Position numbers and translations under genes: made by a program. The notes under the pieces are model-generated. The model was not told the DNA's origin and searched no databases. It saw only the letters and a program-made list of their open reading frames with translations. A DNA stretch of 64,000 bases from Glycera tridactyla (taxonomy: Eukaryota), in NCBI GenBank assembly GCA_965644265.1, contig OZ286476.1, positions 20,212,001-20,276,000 of the forward strand, read 5' to 3'. This document shows, piece by piece, positions 14,847-27,400 of the stretch (positions within the stretch are counted from its first letter, which is position 1; the number at the start of each line of letters is the position of its first letter).

Positions 14847-15125
14847 AGGCAGCCTTGACATTCCTCACCCCTCTGAAGGACCTTACCATCCCAGAAGGGG
14901 AAACTGCTGTCTTTGAGTGTGAAGTCTCCAATCCCAAGGAGCCAGTCACCTGGTCACGCAATGGAAAAAAGATCCTGAAATCAGACAAGCGTGCTGTATT
15001 CACAGTCGAAGGATCTATCCATAGACTAACAATCAAGGATGCTAAAGTAGATGACACTGCTGAGTTCACAGCTACATTTGGTAAAGAGACAACTACAGCT
15101 AAGCTGACTGTTGAAAAGCCAAAAG
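14847..15125 (+). CDS. Ig exon A5, 279 nt
   Basis: ttgcag acceptor, G|gtttgt donor. Confidence 0.92.
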
Positions 15126-15414
15126 GTTTGTTGATACATTTTCCCTGGTTTTTTGTTCTTGTGTTGTCTGGTCATTTGTGATTTAAGCAATGTATGGAAT
15201 TCCATTATTTAACATTTTCTTTGGATTGATCATTTTTGGAAAAGTGAATTCATGCCAGTCTGAAGCCATATTATCTGGATATCTATAGATGATTTGTTGT
15301 GCACTCTGTTCTGGGTGATATTCTTGATTGGGTGAAAGCGTTGTTAAAGTCAGATTCATGTACACAAGCAATTGTGCAACTGATATTCCATGAATATCAT
15401 TCATTGTCTTGTAG

Positions 15415-15684
15415 AAGAGCCAGTGAAGTTCACATCACCACTGAAGGATGTGACAACTCCAGAGGGTCCAACCATTACCTTTGAATGTGAAGTGTCCAAA
15501 CCCGGTCAGACTGTTGAATGGTTGAGGAATGGCAAAAAGATCCTGAAATCTGACAAACGTGCGACAATCACTGTTGATGGTACCAAGCACATTTTGACCA
15601 TCAAAGACTGTGTAGTTGCTGACACAGCAGAGTTCACTGCCAAATTACCAGAGGACCAAACAGTTGGCAAACTCACTGTGACAG
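15415..15684 (+). CDS. Ig exon B5, 270 nt
   Basis: ttgtag acceptor, G|gtcagt donor. Confidence 0.92.
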
Positions 15685-16917
15685 GTCAGTTGATATTATG
15701 CACTTGATTACTGCGCTTACTTCAGTTTGCATTAGTTGCTTCTTATGTATCTATCTTGATGACTGTGAAGGCCATCACTTTGGATATTTCACCATAAAGA
15801 GTGTTTTTTTGCATACAATTTTGGTTGCAATTATGATTTGAGGCAATCCTTTGCTGCAAAGAACTCCAGTGCATCATTGCTTTCTCTTTTTTGAGTTATT
15901 TATGCTAGCCATTTGTCTCAGATGCTCTGCCTATGCTGTGACCTATGCCTAAACTTGGAATTATATTCCACTCAGCAATTTGTAAGTTCTGTTCCCCGCT
16001 GGGCTTCCATGTTGTACATTTTTAGCTTATTGTAGCTTGTCATGCTATGTTCATATTCATTTGCATTTCTGTTTCATGCTTTCTGTCTTTGTATGGTTGT
16101 CCTTTTACTTCTGCATCTTCAGTTACTGCAGTTTGTCAGCTTTGACTATATTTTCAATGTATGCTTATTTCCTTTCTGCTGAACTTAGGTGCTTATTTTA
16201 GGTTGTATCATTATTTATTGCAACTTCTGTTGCTTCAACTTTTGGTTGCTATTGAAGGACTTTTATTTTTGGCTGAACCTATGTGTTTGATTCCATTGAC
16301 ATCAAGTTTTCGCAATTTTGCTTGGCTCAGCTTTGTGTTTGACTGTAAAAAGTCATGTGATTCGTGTCACATCTGCTGTGTTCATATCTGTATCTGTCTG
16401 CTTATGTGTTTCACATTGATTATGATCCAAGGTATCATAATATTTGGCTGTTCGGTCAGATTACATTCACTCTGCCATATATGTATTAATTCGTCAACCA
16501 AGCTCACATTGTTGTCTTCAGTTTTGCACTCCATTAGTTCATTGTATCCACATTTGACTTAACTACCTTGGTTTTCAATTGTATCTCACCATCAACTCAG
16601 GTATCATTCAAAAAAGCATTTTGATCATAGTTGGATGTGATCGTATCATTTCTCTTCAATGCTGTGGTTTATTTAAGAGTTATGCATAAAAACATAGATT
16701 TCAAGTCAGAGGACCATATACTTCTTTATCTATATAGAGAAGCAATGTTTTCTCCAGCCTCTTAGTAATGTTTACATGAAGCAACAACTTGTTACTATGG
16801 CAGGGATAGTGATATTGTGTGCATTTTTGCTCTAGAAGTATTCCTCCATTCAATAGGTATTACTTGTTAGATGATTTTCCCCCATTTGACCCCCATGTCA
16901 TCATTCCTGAATTCCAG

Positions 16918-17196
16918 AAGCTGCCTTGACCTTCCTAACACCCCTCAAGGATATTACCATCCCAGAAGGTGAAACTGCTGTCTTTGAGTGTGAAGTCTCC
17001 AATCCCAAACAACCTGTTACCTGGTCACGCAATGGCAAGAAGATCCTGAAATCAGACAAGCGCGCTGTATTTACTGTTGACGGATCCATCCATCGACTGA
17101 CTATCAAGGATGCAAAGGTTGATGATACTGCTGAATTCACAGCAACCTTCGGCAAAGAAACTTCAACTGCTAAGTTGACTGTTGAAAAGCCAAAAG
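16918..17196 (+). CDS. Ig exon A6, 279 nt
   Basis: ttccag acceptor, G|gtgcgt donor. Confidence 0.92.
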
Positions 17197-17526
17197 GTGC
17201 GTCACAGTTCTCATGTTTGCATGTACTTTATATTACACCAGTCAGTGTCACAGGTTTCTTTGTTCTGTTCATCCTTGTTGAATCACCCAATGGTAATCAT
17301 GTCACCACCCGGTAATTCTTCATGGTTATAAACTCATATCATCCCAGTCAAGGATCAGAATCGTTCCACTGAATATTTGGTTCAGAACAAGTGAATGAGA
17401 CTATTTTTGTTTCTATACATTTCTATCATCACAATCATCTTATAAGATGATGAATAGTATCACAATTCTGCAGTATCCAAAAACAGTTTCACTTGACTGA
17501 AAGATAATATTTTCTTCTTCAAACAG

Positions 17527-17796
17527 AAGAGCCAGTGAAGTTCACATCACCACTGAAGGATGTGACAACTCCAGAGGGTCCAACCATTACCCTTGAATGT
17601 GAAGTGTCCAAACCTGGTCAAACTGTCGAATGGTTGAGGAATGGCAAAAAGATCTTGAAATCTGACAAACGTGCAACAATCACTGTTGATGGTACCAAGC
17701 ACATTTTGACCATCAAAGACTGTGTGGTTGCTGACACAGCAGAATTCACTGCCAAATTGCCAGAGGACCAAACAGTTGGCGAACTTACTGTCCAAG
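17527..17796 (+). CDS. Ig exon B6, 270 nt
   Basis: cttcttcaaacag acceptor, G|gtcagt donor. Confidence 0.92.
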
Positions 17797-18664
17797 GTCA
17801 GTCATCAGCATGTGTAGAGATAAGAAGTGAATGTACAACTAATGCGGGCTCTGAGCATGAGTTCTGATTCTTTTAATATTGAAGAAACTTGGATGTAGGA
17901 GCAGCATGTTCACGTACTGTCATTCCAGTTGTACATATATGTGATTTGCTGTACAGTCCAACGCCATTAGCTGACAAATTTGATTCAATATTTGTGATAG
18001 TCTAACAGCATGAAATGTGGGGATAAGTTTCTCTACTGCAAACCTATAGGTGTCATTGAAGGACATAATGCCTATATGTAGGTGAATATAGTGGATGTTG
18101 CATGCAAGCAAACACAATGCATTCAGTTAGAAGTCAAAAAGATTTCCTGTACTCACAGTGAAAGTTTTCCATGGTAGAAGCTTTCAAAATGCATCCGCAT
18201 TCCGTCTTCAGCTACTGGCTACTGTGGTGTTTGCTTTCACTTGGTACAGTTGGAGTCGGTGCTTGCCACTTGACTGGATGCTATGCTACTGATTCTGGCT
18301 CACAAAGAAAGTTTGATTGTGACTTCATTGATAAGACTGACTTTATTGATAAGACTGCATGCATATCATTTGCTGAGACAGTTCAGTTACAAGACCCCAG
18401 TAATATGTCACTCGCTGTTCAGTGTCTCAGTGGTATTTTCGTTTGGGTACATATTGCTCATCTGCATGATTAGATTCATCTGTTGTTGCTTCTCTTCATA
18501 ATAACTTTGTTTGTCTTGGGATTCGAATTGCATGTATTCCACAATGTTTTAAAAATTGTATACTTCTTCATGAAGGGTGAAAATGTTCAAGGGATGTTAT
18601 TCTGTGGTATTTTCTTGCTTTCATATGTGGTGCATGCTGAAGAGTTGATCAACACATCAGATCA

Positions 18665-18666
<2 letters not shown>

Positions 18667-18731
<65 letters not shown>

Positions 18732-18750
18732 GAGAGAGAGAGAAGAGAGA
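18667..18750 (+). repeat. (TG)30 followed by (AG)n microsatellite
   Basis: Direct reading. Confidence 0.95.
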
Positions 18751-18853
18751 TATCATGTTACATGACATATATACATTCCTTCGAAGGCGAAACACCCTCT
18801 TCTTCTTTGCCTCATCTGTTCGTTACACTCATCTCTTGGTTCCAACTTTCCAG

Positions 18854-19132
18854 AAGAGATCCTATCATTCCTGAGCCCCTTGAAAGATGTCACCATCCCT
18901 GAAGGTGAAACAGCTGTTTTTGAGTGTGAAGTCTCCAATCCCAAGGAGCCAGTCACTTGGTTGCGCAATGGCAAAAAGATCCTGAAGTCAGACAAGCGTG
19001 CGGTGTTCACAGTTGATGGGTCGATCCATCGATTGACTATCAAGGATGCCAAAGTAGATGATACTGCTGAATTTACAGCCAAATTTGGCAAAGAAACATC
19101 AGCTGCTAAGCTGGTAGTTGAGAAACCCAAAG
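18854..19132 (+). CDS. Ig exon A7 (EEILSF...VEKPK), 279 nt
   Basis: tttccag acceptor, G|gtgtgt donor. Confidence 0.92.
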
Positions 19133-19543
19133 GTGTGTTTCAATTAGTTTCTTGTTTTATTTTCTCTGAACATTTCAGATGATTGCTGCCACTATTCTAC
19201 CATTTGCATAACCAAGCTTATTAGTTGATCAGACCTAACGTGTAAGTTGAAATGCAGCATATTAGAGTGGAGTATCATTTCAAATTGAACATGTAACACT
19301 TTTTGTATATGGAGGTATGATGGAAAATGATTATGATGAGAATTAATCATGGAAAATATATTTTCGATTACACATTGACCATGACTATCAATTACCAATT
19401 TGTACTTCGAAAACTAATGTATGTAAACATATCCGTGATAATTTATTGTATCATCAACTGATGCATTGAGCATTAATGTCATTGATACAGCTTGAATTTT
19501 CCCAATGTCATTCACATCAATTTGGCTTTATCCTATTTTATAG

Positions 19544-19813
19544 AAGAACCAGTGAAGTTTGTTTCACCACTTAGTGATGTCACTACTCCTGAAGGGCAGA
19601 CAGTGTCCCTGGAGTGTGAGGTTTCGAAACCAGGTCAGACTGTTGAATGGTACAGGAATGGAAAGAAGATCTTGAAATCTGATAAGCGTGCCACTGTCTC
19701 AGTTGATGGCACCAAACACAAGCTGACATTCACGAATTCCAAAGTTGATGACTCAGCTGAGTTTACTGCTAAGATCCCAGAAGATCAAACTGTTGGCAAA
19801 CTCACTGTTGAAG
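19544..19813 (+). CDS. Ig exon B7, 270 nt
   Basis: tttatag acceptor, G|gtcagt donor. Confidence 0.92.
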
Positions 19814-21105
19814 GTCAGTTTTAGGAGCTTGTTGATGTTAAGTTGCTGCTTATAGTTATTGAGGCTTTTTTTATTCAGCTTGACATTTTCTGATAGTATC
19901 ATGTTGTTTCAAGTTGCATCTGAATTGAAATAGGATCAATTCATATCATGGTTATGAACTGATCGAATTTTTGCTTTCTGTTACTAAATATTGTCTCATG
20001 CATTCCATTCCATGCAATAAAGTTGAATGGCAACCCAGAATACAGAGGTCAGAATGCCCTGTTACAAGACCTCTTTTTGCGAATGTTGTCTTGATTCCGG
20101 ATTGGTGAACTGGCATCAGTTCATGTTGTATCAGCTTGCTTGCATTGCTAGATTTCATTCTTTTGTGATGTGACCATCATTAGAGTTCATTATATTCCTT
20201 ACATCTAGGGTACATCAAGAAGTTTGCATCACCAAGTTTTGCTACAAGGCTGTCAACATATCTGCTTCATAATTTCTCAATGAGCATACTCATGTATGCT
20301 GGTTCAGAAATATATTTTGCTCTCCATCAAGTGCATGGAATCACTGTTGAAGACTTATCATGCTCTCATGCTCACCCTATGAAGGATGTCAGTATTTGAG
20401 AGCAGATGATATACAACTCAGCAGATTCTGTGTTACAGCTCATTGTGTCAGATAATTGCTTCTTGTTTCTGAAACCACCTTATCATCTTTCTTTTTGCTT
20501 TTCCGTTCATGCATATCTTAGCATCTTTGTCGGTATAGCATCATCAGTGAATGTCAATTGATACTAGTTACGTCTTTTGATTGTCATGTAATTCTCCTTA
20601 GGCTTCAAGTGTTATAAAGCTTGGCTTTAGAATCTTATACGCTTTGTTGTGATTTGTTGTAATGCTAGTTTGTCTCTCAGCAATGTGGATTTTCTTGCTT
20701 TATTCTGTCTTGTATTTGAGTTGTTGATGAATGTATTTGTAAACTGGAAAATATGCATGTCTCATTACAAAGTTGTTTCGAATGTTCTTGGATGGCTCTT
20801 CTTGAATATGTATTTGTTCAATTGATTACTATGTAGTAATATGCTGTTTGATTTCTCTGTACAAAATACGATGTGAGCAATTGCTGACATTATAACATTC
20901 CAGCACCTATATAATACAATTATATCTGATTCTATTCCATTACTGGATGAAGATGTGTGTCTGTGTCTGTGGTGTGTGTGCGATCCATTCATCAGCTTGT
21001 GTGCTTCTACATGCCAGTGTATGGAAGATGAAGTCTTAACTATCAGATTGGTATGATGATAATTTGTTGGCATCCTCTGAATGAGTTCATCTTTCCCTCT
21101 TCCAG

Positions 21106-21384
21106 AGGTCCCTTTGACTTTCCTTAGTCCACTGAAGGACCTAACCATTCCTGAGGGTGAAACTGCTGTCTTTGAGTGTGAAGTCTCCAATCCCAAACAA
21201 CCTGTTACCTGGTCACGCAATGGCAAGAAGATTCTGAAATCAGACAAGCGTGCTGTGATCACGGTAGAAGGATCCATCCATAGACTCACTATCAAGGATG
21301 CGAAGGTTGATGATACTGCTGAATTCACAGCTACTTTCGGCAAGGAAAAATCAACTGCTAAGCTGAGTGTTGAGAAGCCAAAAG
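21106..21384 (+). CDS. Ig exon A8, 279 nt
   Basis: ttccag acceptor, G|gtgtgt donor. Confidence 0.92.
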
Positions 21385-22080
21385 GTGTGTTCAATATTGT
21401 GTTATCAGTAGAAATTGAAAGTAAAAGGCTGACTGGGGAAACCGTGCTCAACGCTATCACTTCAGTGACGAAACATAGATATGATGGGAATTTTCAGAGG
21501 ATTCTTTTTTCTGTAGTTATATACGGCAATCATCCAGCATTGATGGAACTCAGATATACAAAGAATTGCACTGAAAGCAATACACTTCTCTATGTTGTAG
21601 AGCTTCTGTCACTGATAAACAGTAATAATGAAACTGATACATTGAGATACACTGTGGGTAAATGCTGGTCAATCAGTGTTTTTCAAATGATGATGCAATA
21701 TCATTAGGGTGGCTCCTATTTCTGTATGATAGGAAAGTTGTCCTGTTGGTTTTAGGAGTCACGCCTAGGGGCAGGTAATGATGATCAATTCAAATTGTTT
21801 GTATTCTATCAAACTTAATTTTATGATATGGAATAATGTGGGATGATATAATGGCATTATGTATAAATTCATAAAACATATCACCAGATCGCATTAGGAA
21901 TTAGGAGAGGTAGATAATGGGGAGGGGGTCATAATGATAAGAGGTTTGGGGGAAATAGAGCATGTTCAACATATAGACATCATAGGAGATAATGTATGCT
22001 GATTGTATCAGGAAGAGATTACAGAAAAATATATGCTTATAACTACTAACATTCATATGGTATCTGTTTCACCCATCTAG

Positions 22081-22350
22081 AGGAACCAGTGAAGTTTGTT
22101 TCACCACTCAAGGATGTGACTACTCCTGAAGGCCAGACAGTTGTCTTGGAATGTGAAGTTTCAAAACCAGGCCAGACTGTAGAGTGGCTCAGAAATGGAA
22201 AGAAGATTCTGAAATCAGATAAACGTGCTGTAATCAAGGTTGATGGCACCAAACATACATTGACATTCAATGATGCTAAAGTTGATGATACAGCTGAGTT
22301 CACTGCCAAGGTTCCAGAGGATAAAACTGTTGGCAAACTCACTGTTGAAG
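22081..22350 (+). CDS. Ig exon B8, 270 nt
   Basis: atctag acceptor, G|gtgagt donor. Confidence 0.92.
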
Positions 22351-23864
22351 GTGAGTTCTGGAAGCATGCCAGAATGAACAAAATGCATTAGATACTTGAC
22401 TAATGTGCATACTAGACAATGCATATGTTAGCATGATTATTTGTTCGGTATATATAACTGAAGAGGGATGCTAGTTTCGTCTAGTACTTGTCGGTGCATG
22501 ACTGACATGTGAATCGTGCATAGTTTTGCATGATGTACTACTAGAGGCATCTTTAACCCACCATAGTTCATAGACTTTCTACTAGTTGATACCTAGTCTG
22601 TTAGATTGCATGGATTAGCATAAGGTATCATTATTACATCCTCTGTGATGTGTTCAGTTTGGTAGATGCATGTTGGCAATCAAGTTTTTACTATTTTCCC
22701 AATTGAAGTGGAAAATACTGATCATATTTGATGATCTGATCACAAAAATTACATGACAGATGTTTGGCAAATATAAGCTCCTGTTTATGCGATGGCGCTC
22801 ATTGCTGATTATTGCAGATTCATCATGTGTTATCCAGGGTTACATATTCATAGACATAAACCATATACTTTTGCATGATCTATTTGCATCTGTTATCGTT
22901 GATAGGCTCTAACGTCTCAATAGCTGATGTTCCAGTTTGCATGTCAGTTAACATGCTTCTATCAATAGGCGCGTCTTGTAAAATCCCTTTACTGGCCCTG
23001 GTCTTCTTACGAAAAGACCATGATAATACCTGCCAGATTTCTGGGATATTTTTTACAATGATTGAATTACTCCCTAGTTGTTAGTGATCGGTGAATATAT
23101 GTATCAGGCCTGGTGTGGCATCCTAATGTGGTCTCAGAATAGACGACATGTTATGCAGTGTTTCAGGAATGTAATTTTCAATTATATCCATATGATTTAT
23201 GGTGTAATCATCGGCGTTTATAGGAACGTGCGATATTGTAGCTTGTAAAACATATAGGTCTGGTTTCTTGAGCTCCAGACAGACGTCATCACTTAGAATG
23301 AGTAATCATTTGCTCAAAAATCACCATCATCTGGATAGAGAGATCGTTTTATAATTCCTATCTCACTCTAGAGAGAATAGTGAAATGTAATACTCAGACC
23401 GATAGAAACAAATTACTCTGAGCACACTTGTGAAAGGTGTATTCTGCATGATTCATTTTGTTTAATTACTCTGAACATTATGCTCTTTACAGATTTATTC
23501 ATCACACTACCACTCATATTAAACACAGAATTGTGTTGATTTGTCCCATCATGAGTCACCTCTCAATGCCATTCAGGGATCCATGTCAATTCAGTATGAC
23601 AGCTGTTGATTAGTATAAATGGTATCCTGACCGATGCCTCTTTGACTGAAATGTTTTCACGAGTTTTGATTCATTCTCATCAATAATTCCATGAGCAGCC
23701 AACAACTAGCTTGTACAATTTATGCATCATGAAATTAGATATAGTTGGGTCTATATGATTATATGTCTGTTGATATATGTATATCAATATGCCATCAGTT
23801 TTGTAGAAAGCAACAGTTGTAGAAACTGTTGAGGAACTGAATTTTGATTTTTTTACAGTTGCAG

Positions 23865-24131
23865 AAATGCCTGTGTCTTTCACTTGTCCATTGAGTGATG
23901 TTTCAACTACAGAGGGTGGAACTATCACTTTGGAATGTGAATTGTCAAAACCAGATCAAACAATTGAGTGGTTCAGAAATGGAGTGAAAATTCTACCGTC
24001 TGACCACACAGTCATAGCAATTGATGGGAAAAAGCATACACTGACAATTCCTGATACCAAAGTTGAGGACTCCGCAGAGTTCACAGCTAGTATTGGTGAG
24101 GAAAAGACTACTGGCAAACTCACAGTCAAAG
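23865..24131 (+). CDS. Divergent Ig exon C (EMPVSFTCPL...KLTVK), 267 nt; an in-frame acceptor 6 nt upstream (start 23859) is equally possible
   Basis: ttttacag-ttgcag tandem acceptors, G|gtcagt donor. Confidence 0.88.
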
Positions 24132-24437
24132 GTCAGTCTTAGGCGTGACCAATAGCTTAGATTATAGTTCTAGATCAGACAGATTTATCTTTGATGCTGT
24201 GACATATTTGTGTTGCCGTGTTTGACTTCATTTCAAGAATCTTAAGTACAATGGATGCATCATTGATGTACTAAAAATAGTGATTTATTTATTCATTATT
24301 TTTCTTGTATTGACTCCATATTAGCCTTCATTCTGCACTTTCTCAACAGCTCCCAATATGCATTGATCACAGAAACTTCCAATAATGATAGTAAAAACAC
24401 ACATATGTGCACAACATACGCACAGACACGCACACAT

Positions 24438-24438
<1 letters not shown>

Positions 24439-24492
<54 letters not shown>
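24439..24492 (+). repeat. (CA)27 microsatellite
   Basis: Direct reading. Confidence 0.95.
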
Positions 24493-24496
<4 letters not shown>

Positions 24497-25423
24497 GGTA
24501 GCTTGGAATACCATCATCCAGTTCATATTCGAAGATATCGGAGTGATAGTCATGAATCTGTTAGTTTAGGCTCTACCAGAAAATCCCACTGAATCTTCAG
24601 CCTTCATAATATTTTTCTCATGAGAATGCATAATGCATACCTCCCATGTTTATGATGGAAAAGAGCATGCTCAAAGCCTACAGCATGCAGTTATATATCA
24701 TACTTGACCTTCGATGTCAGGGTAGTTCATGCTTACTTGCTCTTATGCTTAAAATCGCTGCTCATTTCGATTTATGTTGAATGCATTTGTTTCTCATTTA
24801 ACTGTCAAATTTTCATTTGCTTTTCATTATATCTTTGCTGTTGTTGCCATCAGGCTTGAGTGTCAGCTTTCAGTCAGTTGCATAGTCAGATGAGCCATTT
24901 TTAGGCTCATCAGTTTTATTTGTAGATATGTCTTAGGTGTCCGCTACTTCCATTTGACAACCAGTCTGGTTCCTCAATATCCTGTGTCGCCTGCTTTGGA
25001 GAGAGCATCTGGCTTTCATCGATCATGAAACATGACATATTACATAATCCTTTGTGTTGACATGTGCAGCTCAACCTCAACCAATCTTTCAATCAATCAT
25101 TATTGATGTATTGAACGGTCCATCTTGAGAATTCTTTTTTAGTTGAGTCATGTAAGTCATATCTGAAGAAAACATGAATCTACAAATAATTCAGATTGTC
25201 TACTTTGTACCTTGATTTCAAATTGTTCCCTTTTCGCTTTACATTCCCCTGTAGCAAATATATTTTGTCATACAATTATTTTCCTTTTTGGTGTAGTCAC
25301 TATCTTGACCATCTTCCTGAAAATTAGCAGGTTGATTTGATTCGACTTTATTCATCTTCTCTGTATGTGAATGTGTTTTTCTTGACTGTTCTGTTCATCC
25401 CACTTGACATCCATCTTTTGTAG

Positions 25424-25693
25424 AAGTTCCCATTACCTTCACCACTCCTCTGAAGGACGTTTCCATCCCAGAAGACGAGACAGTTACTCTGGAGTGTGAG
25501 GTTTCTCAGCCAGGTCAGCAGGTGACATGGTTTAGAAATGGGAAGAAGATTCTCAAATCTGATAAGAGAGCAACAATTACTGTTGATGGGACCAAACACA
25601 TTCTGACCGTCAAAGATGCTAAAGTACCTGACACGGCAGAATTTTCAGCGACTGTTGCTAAGGACAAGACTGCCAGCAATGTGACTGTGACAG
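25424..25693 (+). CDS. Ig exon D (EVPITFTTPL...NVTVT), 270 nt
   Basis: ttgtag acceptor, G|gtgtgt donor; only partly shown in ORF track. Confidence 0.92.
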
Positions 25694-26188
25694 GTGTGTC
25701 TCCAAAACCTCTATGCATGCTGTTCGTTTACTGATTTGCTTCGTTCCTATGTAACTAGTGTACTGAAGAGTTTTACTCTTCAAATCCTGATCATACATGA
25801 CCTGTACTCCAGAAAATGGCTATTGAATCCAAAAATCAAGTGAAAATGAGACAGTTAAATTTGAAAGGGAATGATTTCCCTGTTGTGTTGCAATACTGGT
25901 TCCTGGCCGTAACAAAGATAGATCCAGGCTATGATAAATTCTTATGGCATTTACTATTTCTTGACTATTCTCTGTTCATTGCATCGGTGCTTATGTAACA
26001 GTACTCTCGAAAATATTCATGAAAGACATTCTAAACATTGGCAAAGGTTTTCTTCACTTAATTTATACCATGAATTCAGAAACATTTCATCTAGTGTGTG
26101 TAGATGCTACAAAGAATTTCAGTCATACACTCTTAAATGATATACTTAAACCATTCAATCCTCAACCTGTCCCACTTCACACTTTCAG

Positions 26189-26458
26189 AAGTACCAATCA
26201 CCTTCACCTCCCCCCTCAAAGATGTCACAGCCCCCGAGGGTGATACCGTGACATTAGAATGCGAGGTTTCAAAACCAGGTCAGCCAGTTGAGTGGTTCAG
26301 AAATGGAAAGAAGATTCCTAAGAGTGATAAACGTGCTACAATTGTGGTGGATGGTCCTAAGCATAAATTGGTCTTGAAAGATGTCAAAGTCGATGACATC
26401 GCTGATTTCACTGCCAAAGTTGGGAAGGCCGACACATCTGGCAAACTCAATGTCTCAG
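26189..26458 (+). CDS. Ig exon E (EVPITFTSPL...KLNVS), 270 nt
   Basis: tttcag acceptor, G|gtcagt donor. Confidence 0.92.
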
Positions 26459-26843
26459 GTCAGTTTTCTGTAAGAATGTGTTCTCTCGATCCCTGTTGCT
26501 GGATCAGGAGGAAGTAATTGCCTGCTTACTAGACATTCCATGGCATATATTGAATCAGAATCTCCATATATGCTTCCTGGAAGTGAGCTTTGAATTAGTC
26601 TTGGTTCTGTACTGAATCAGTGCATGTACATCACTATCCTGATTCAGGCAATGATGTTAGTTGCAATTTTCTGCCCTATGGGTGATGAAGAGGTTGCTCC
26701 AAAAGGATCGCATGGTATTCTCAAAAATGGAACTCTTACTCATGTTGTTGACCTACTTTTTCTCTTGCATATGTCAGAATTCTACTGACTGATCTAGTCT
26801 CTCTTCTGCTTAGTCTATATGTTCATTATTCTTACTAATCCAG

Positions 26844-26986
26844 TAGGCGGTTCAGTTGCAGCTAACAATCGCTAACGTTACGTAACGGAAACAGGGTCCC
26901 CATTCTTTTTTGACACACTTATGATAGAGAATATTTGGTAGGGGATTTGGCGAATGTTTTCTCCGTTGGCTCAACTGAACAACCTG
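26844..26986. mobile_element. Dispersed repeat / MITE-like family (related copies near 56921-57040 and partial 50026-50116)
   Basis: Shared agttgcagctaacaatc...gacacac...gggatt...aactgaacaacctg; aggcggttcagtt / aactgaacaacct imperfect inverted ends. Confidence 0.55.
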
Positions 26987-27400
26987 CTGTTCTAGTATAT
27001 TTTTTCTCATAGATGCTCTTCTGTTGAATAGTCAATGTTCTGATTCTAGGTGCTTCTTGTTCTAATCCTTCTTTGATTTCCTAATATTGCATGTATGACA
27101 ATCTTGTCCATGAATCATGGCATTTGATGATTTTTTTGTTCATCTCCGGGTTCAATTTCATGGACATGAGACAATGACATTGATTCATCATCTTGTTACA
27201 AATGATGTATGTTTTCGATATTCATTACTCTATACATATCCTGTCTATTTTTAGGAGCTTGTTGATTTGCAATGTCTCGTATTCTTGTGCGAACAACTTT
27301 CGTTTATTTGTTATGATATTTCGGCTTCGAATATGATAGGGCAGCAACATTTTGTGTTTTGATTTGTGTCTATTTGCAAGTATCATTATCCTATTTTAAG

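Noticed and set aside
10833-16562. Hydrophobic intronic ORFs resembling membrane proteins (e.g. 10833, 13590, 16161)
   Set aside because: T-rich intron sequence translates to F/L/C-rich peptides; no domain motif or coding-like codon pattern
18483-24592. ORFs with CVCVCV or HTHTHT runs
   Set aside because: Translations of (TG)n and (CA)n microsatellites
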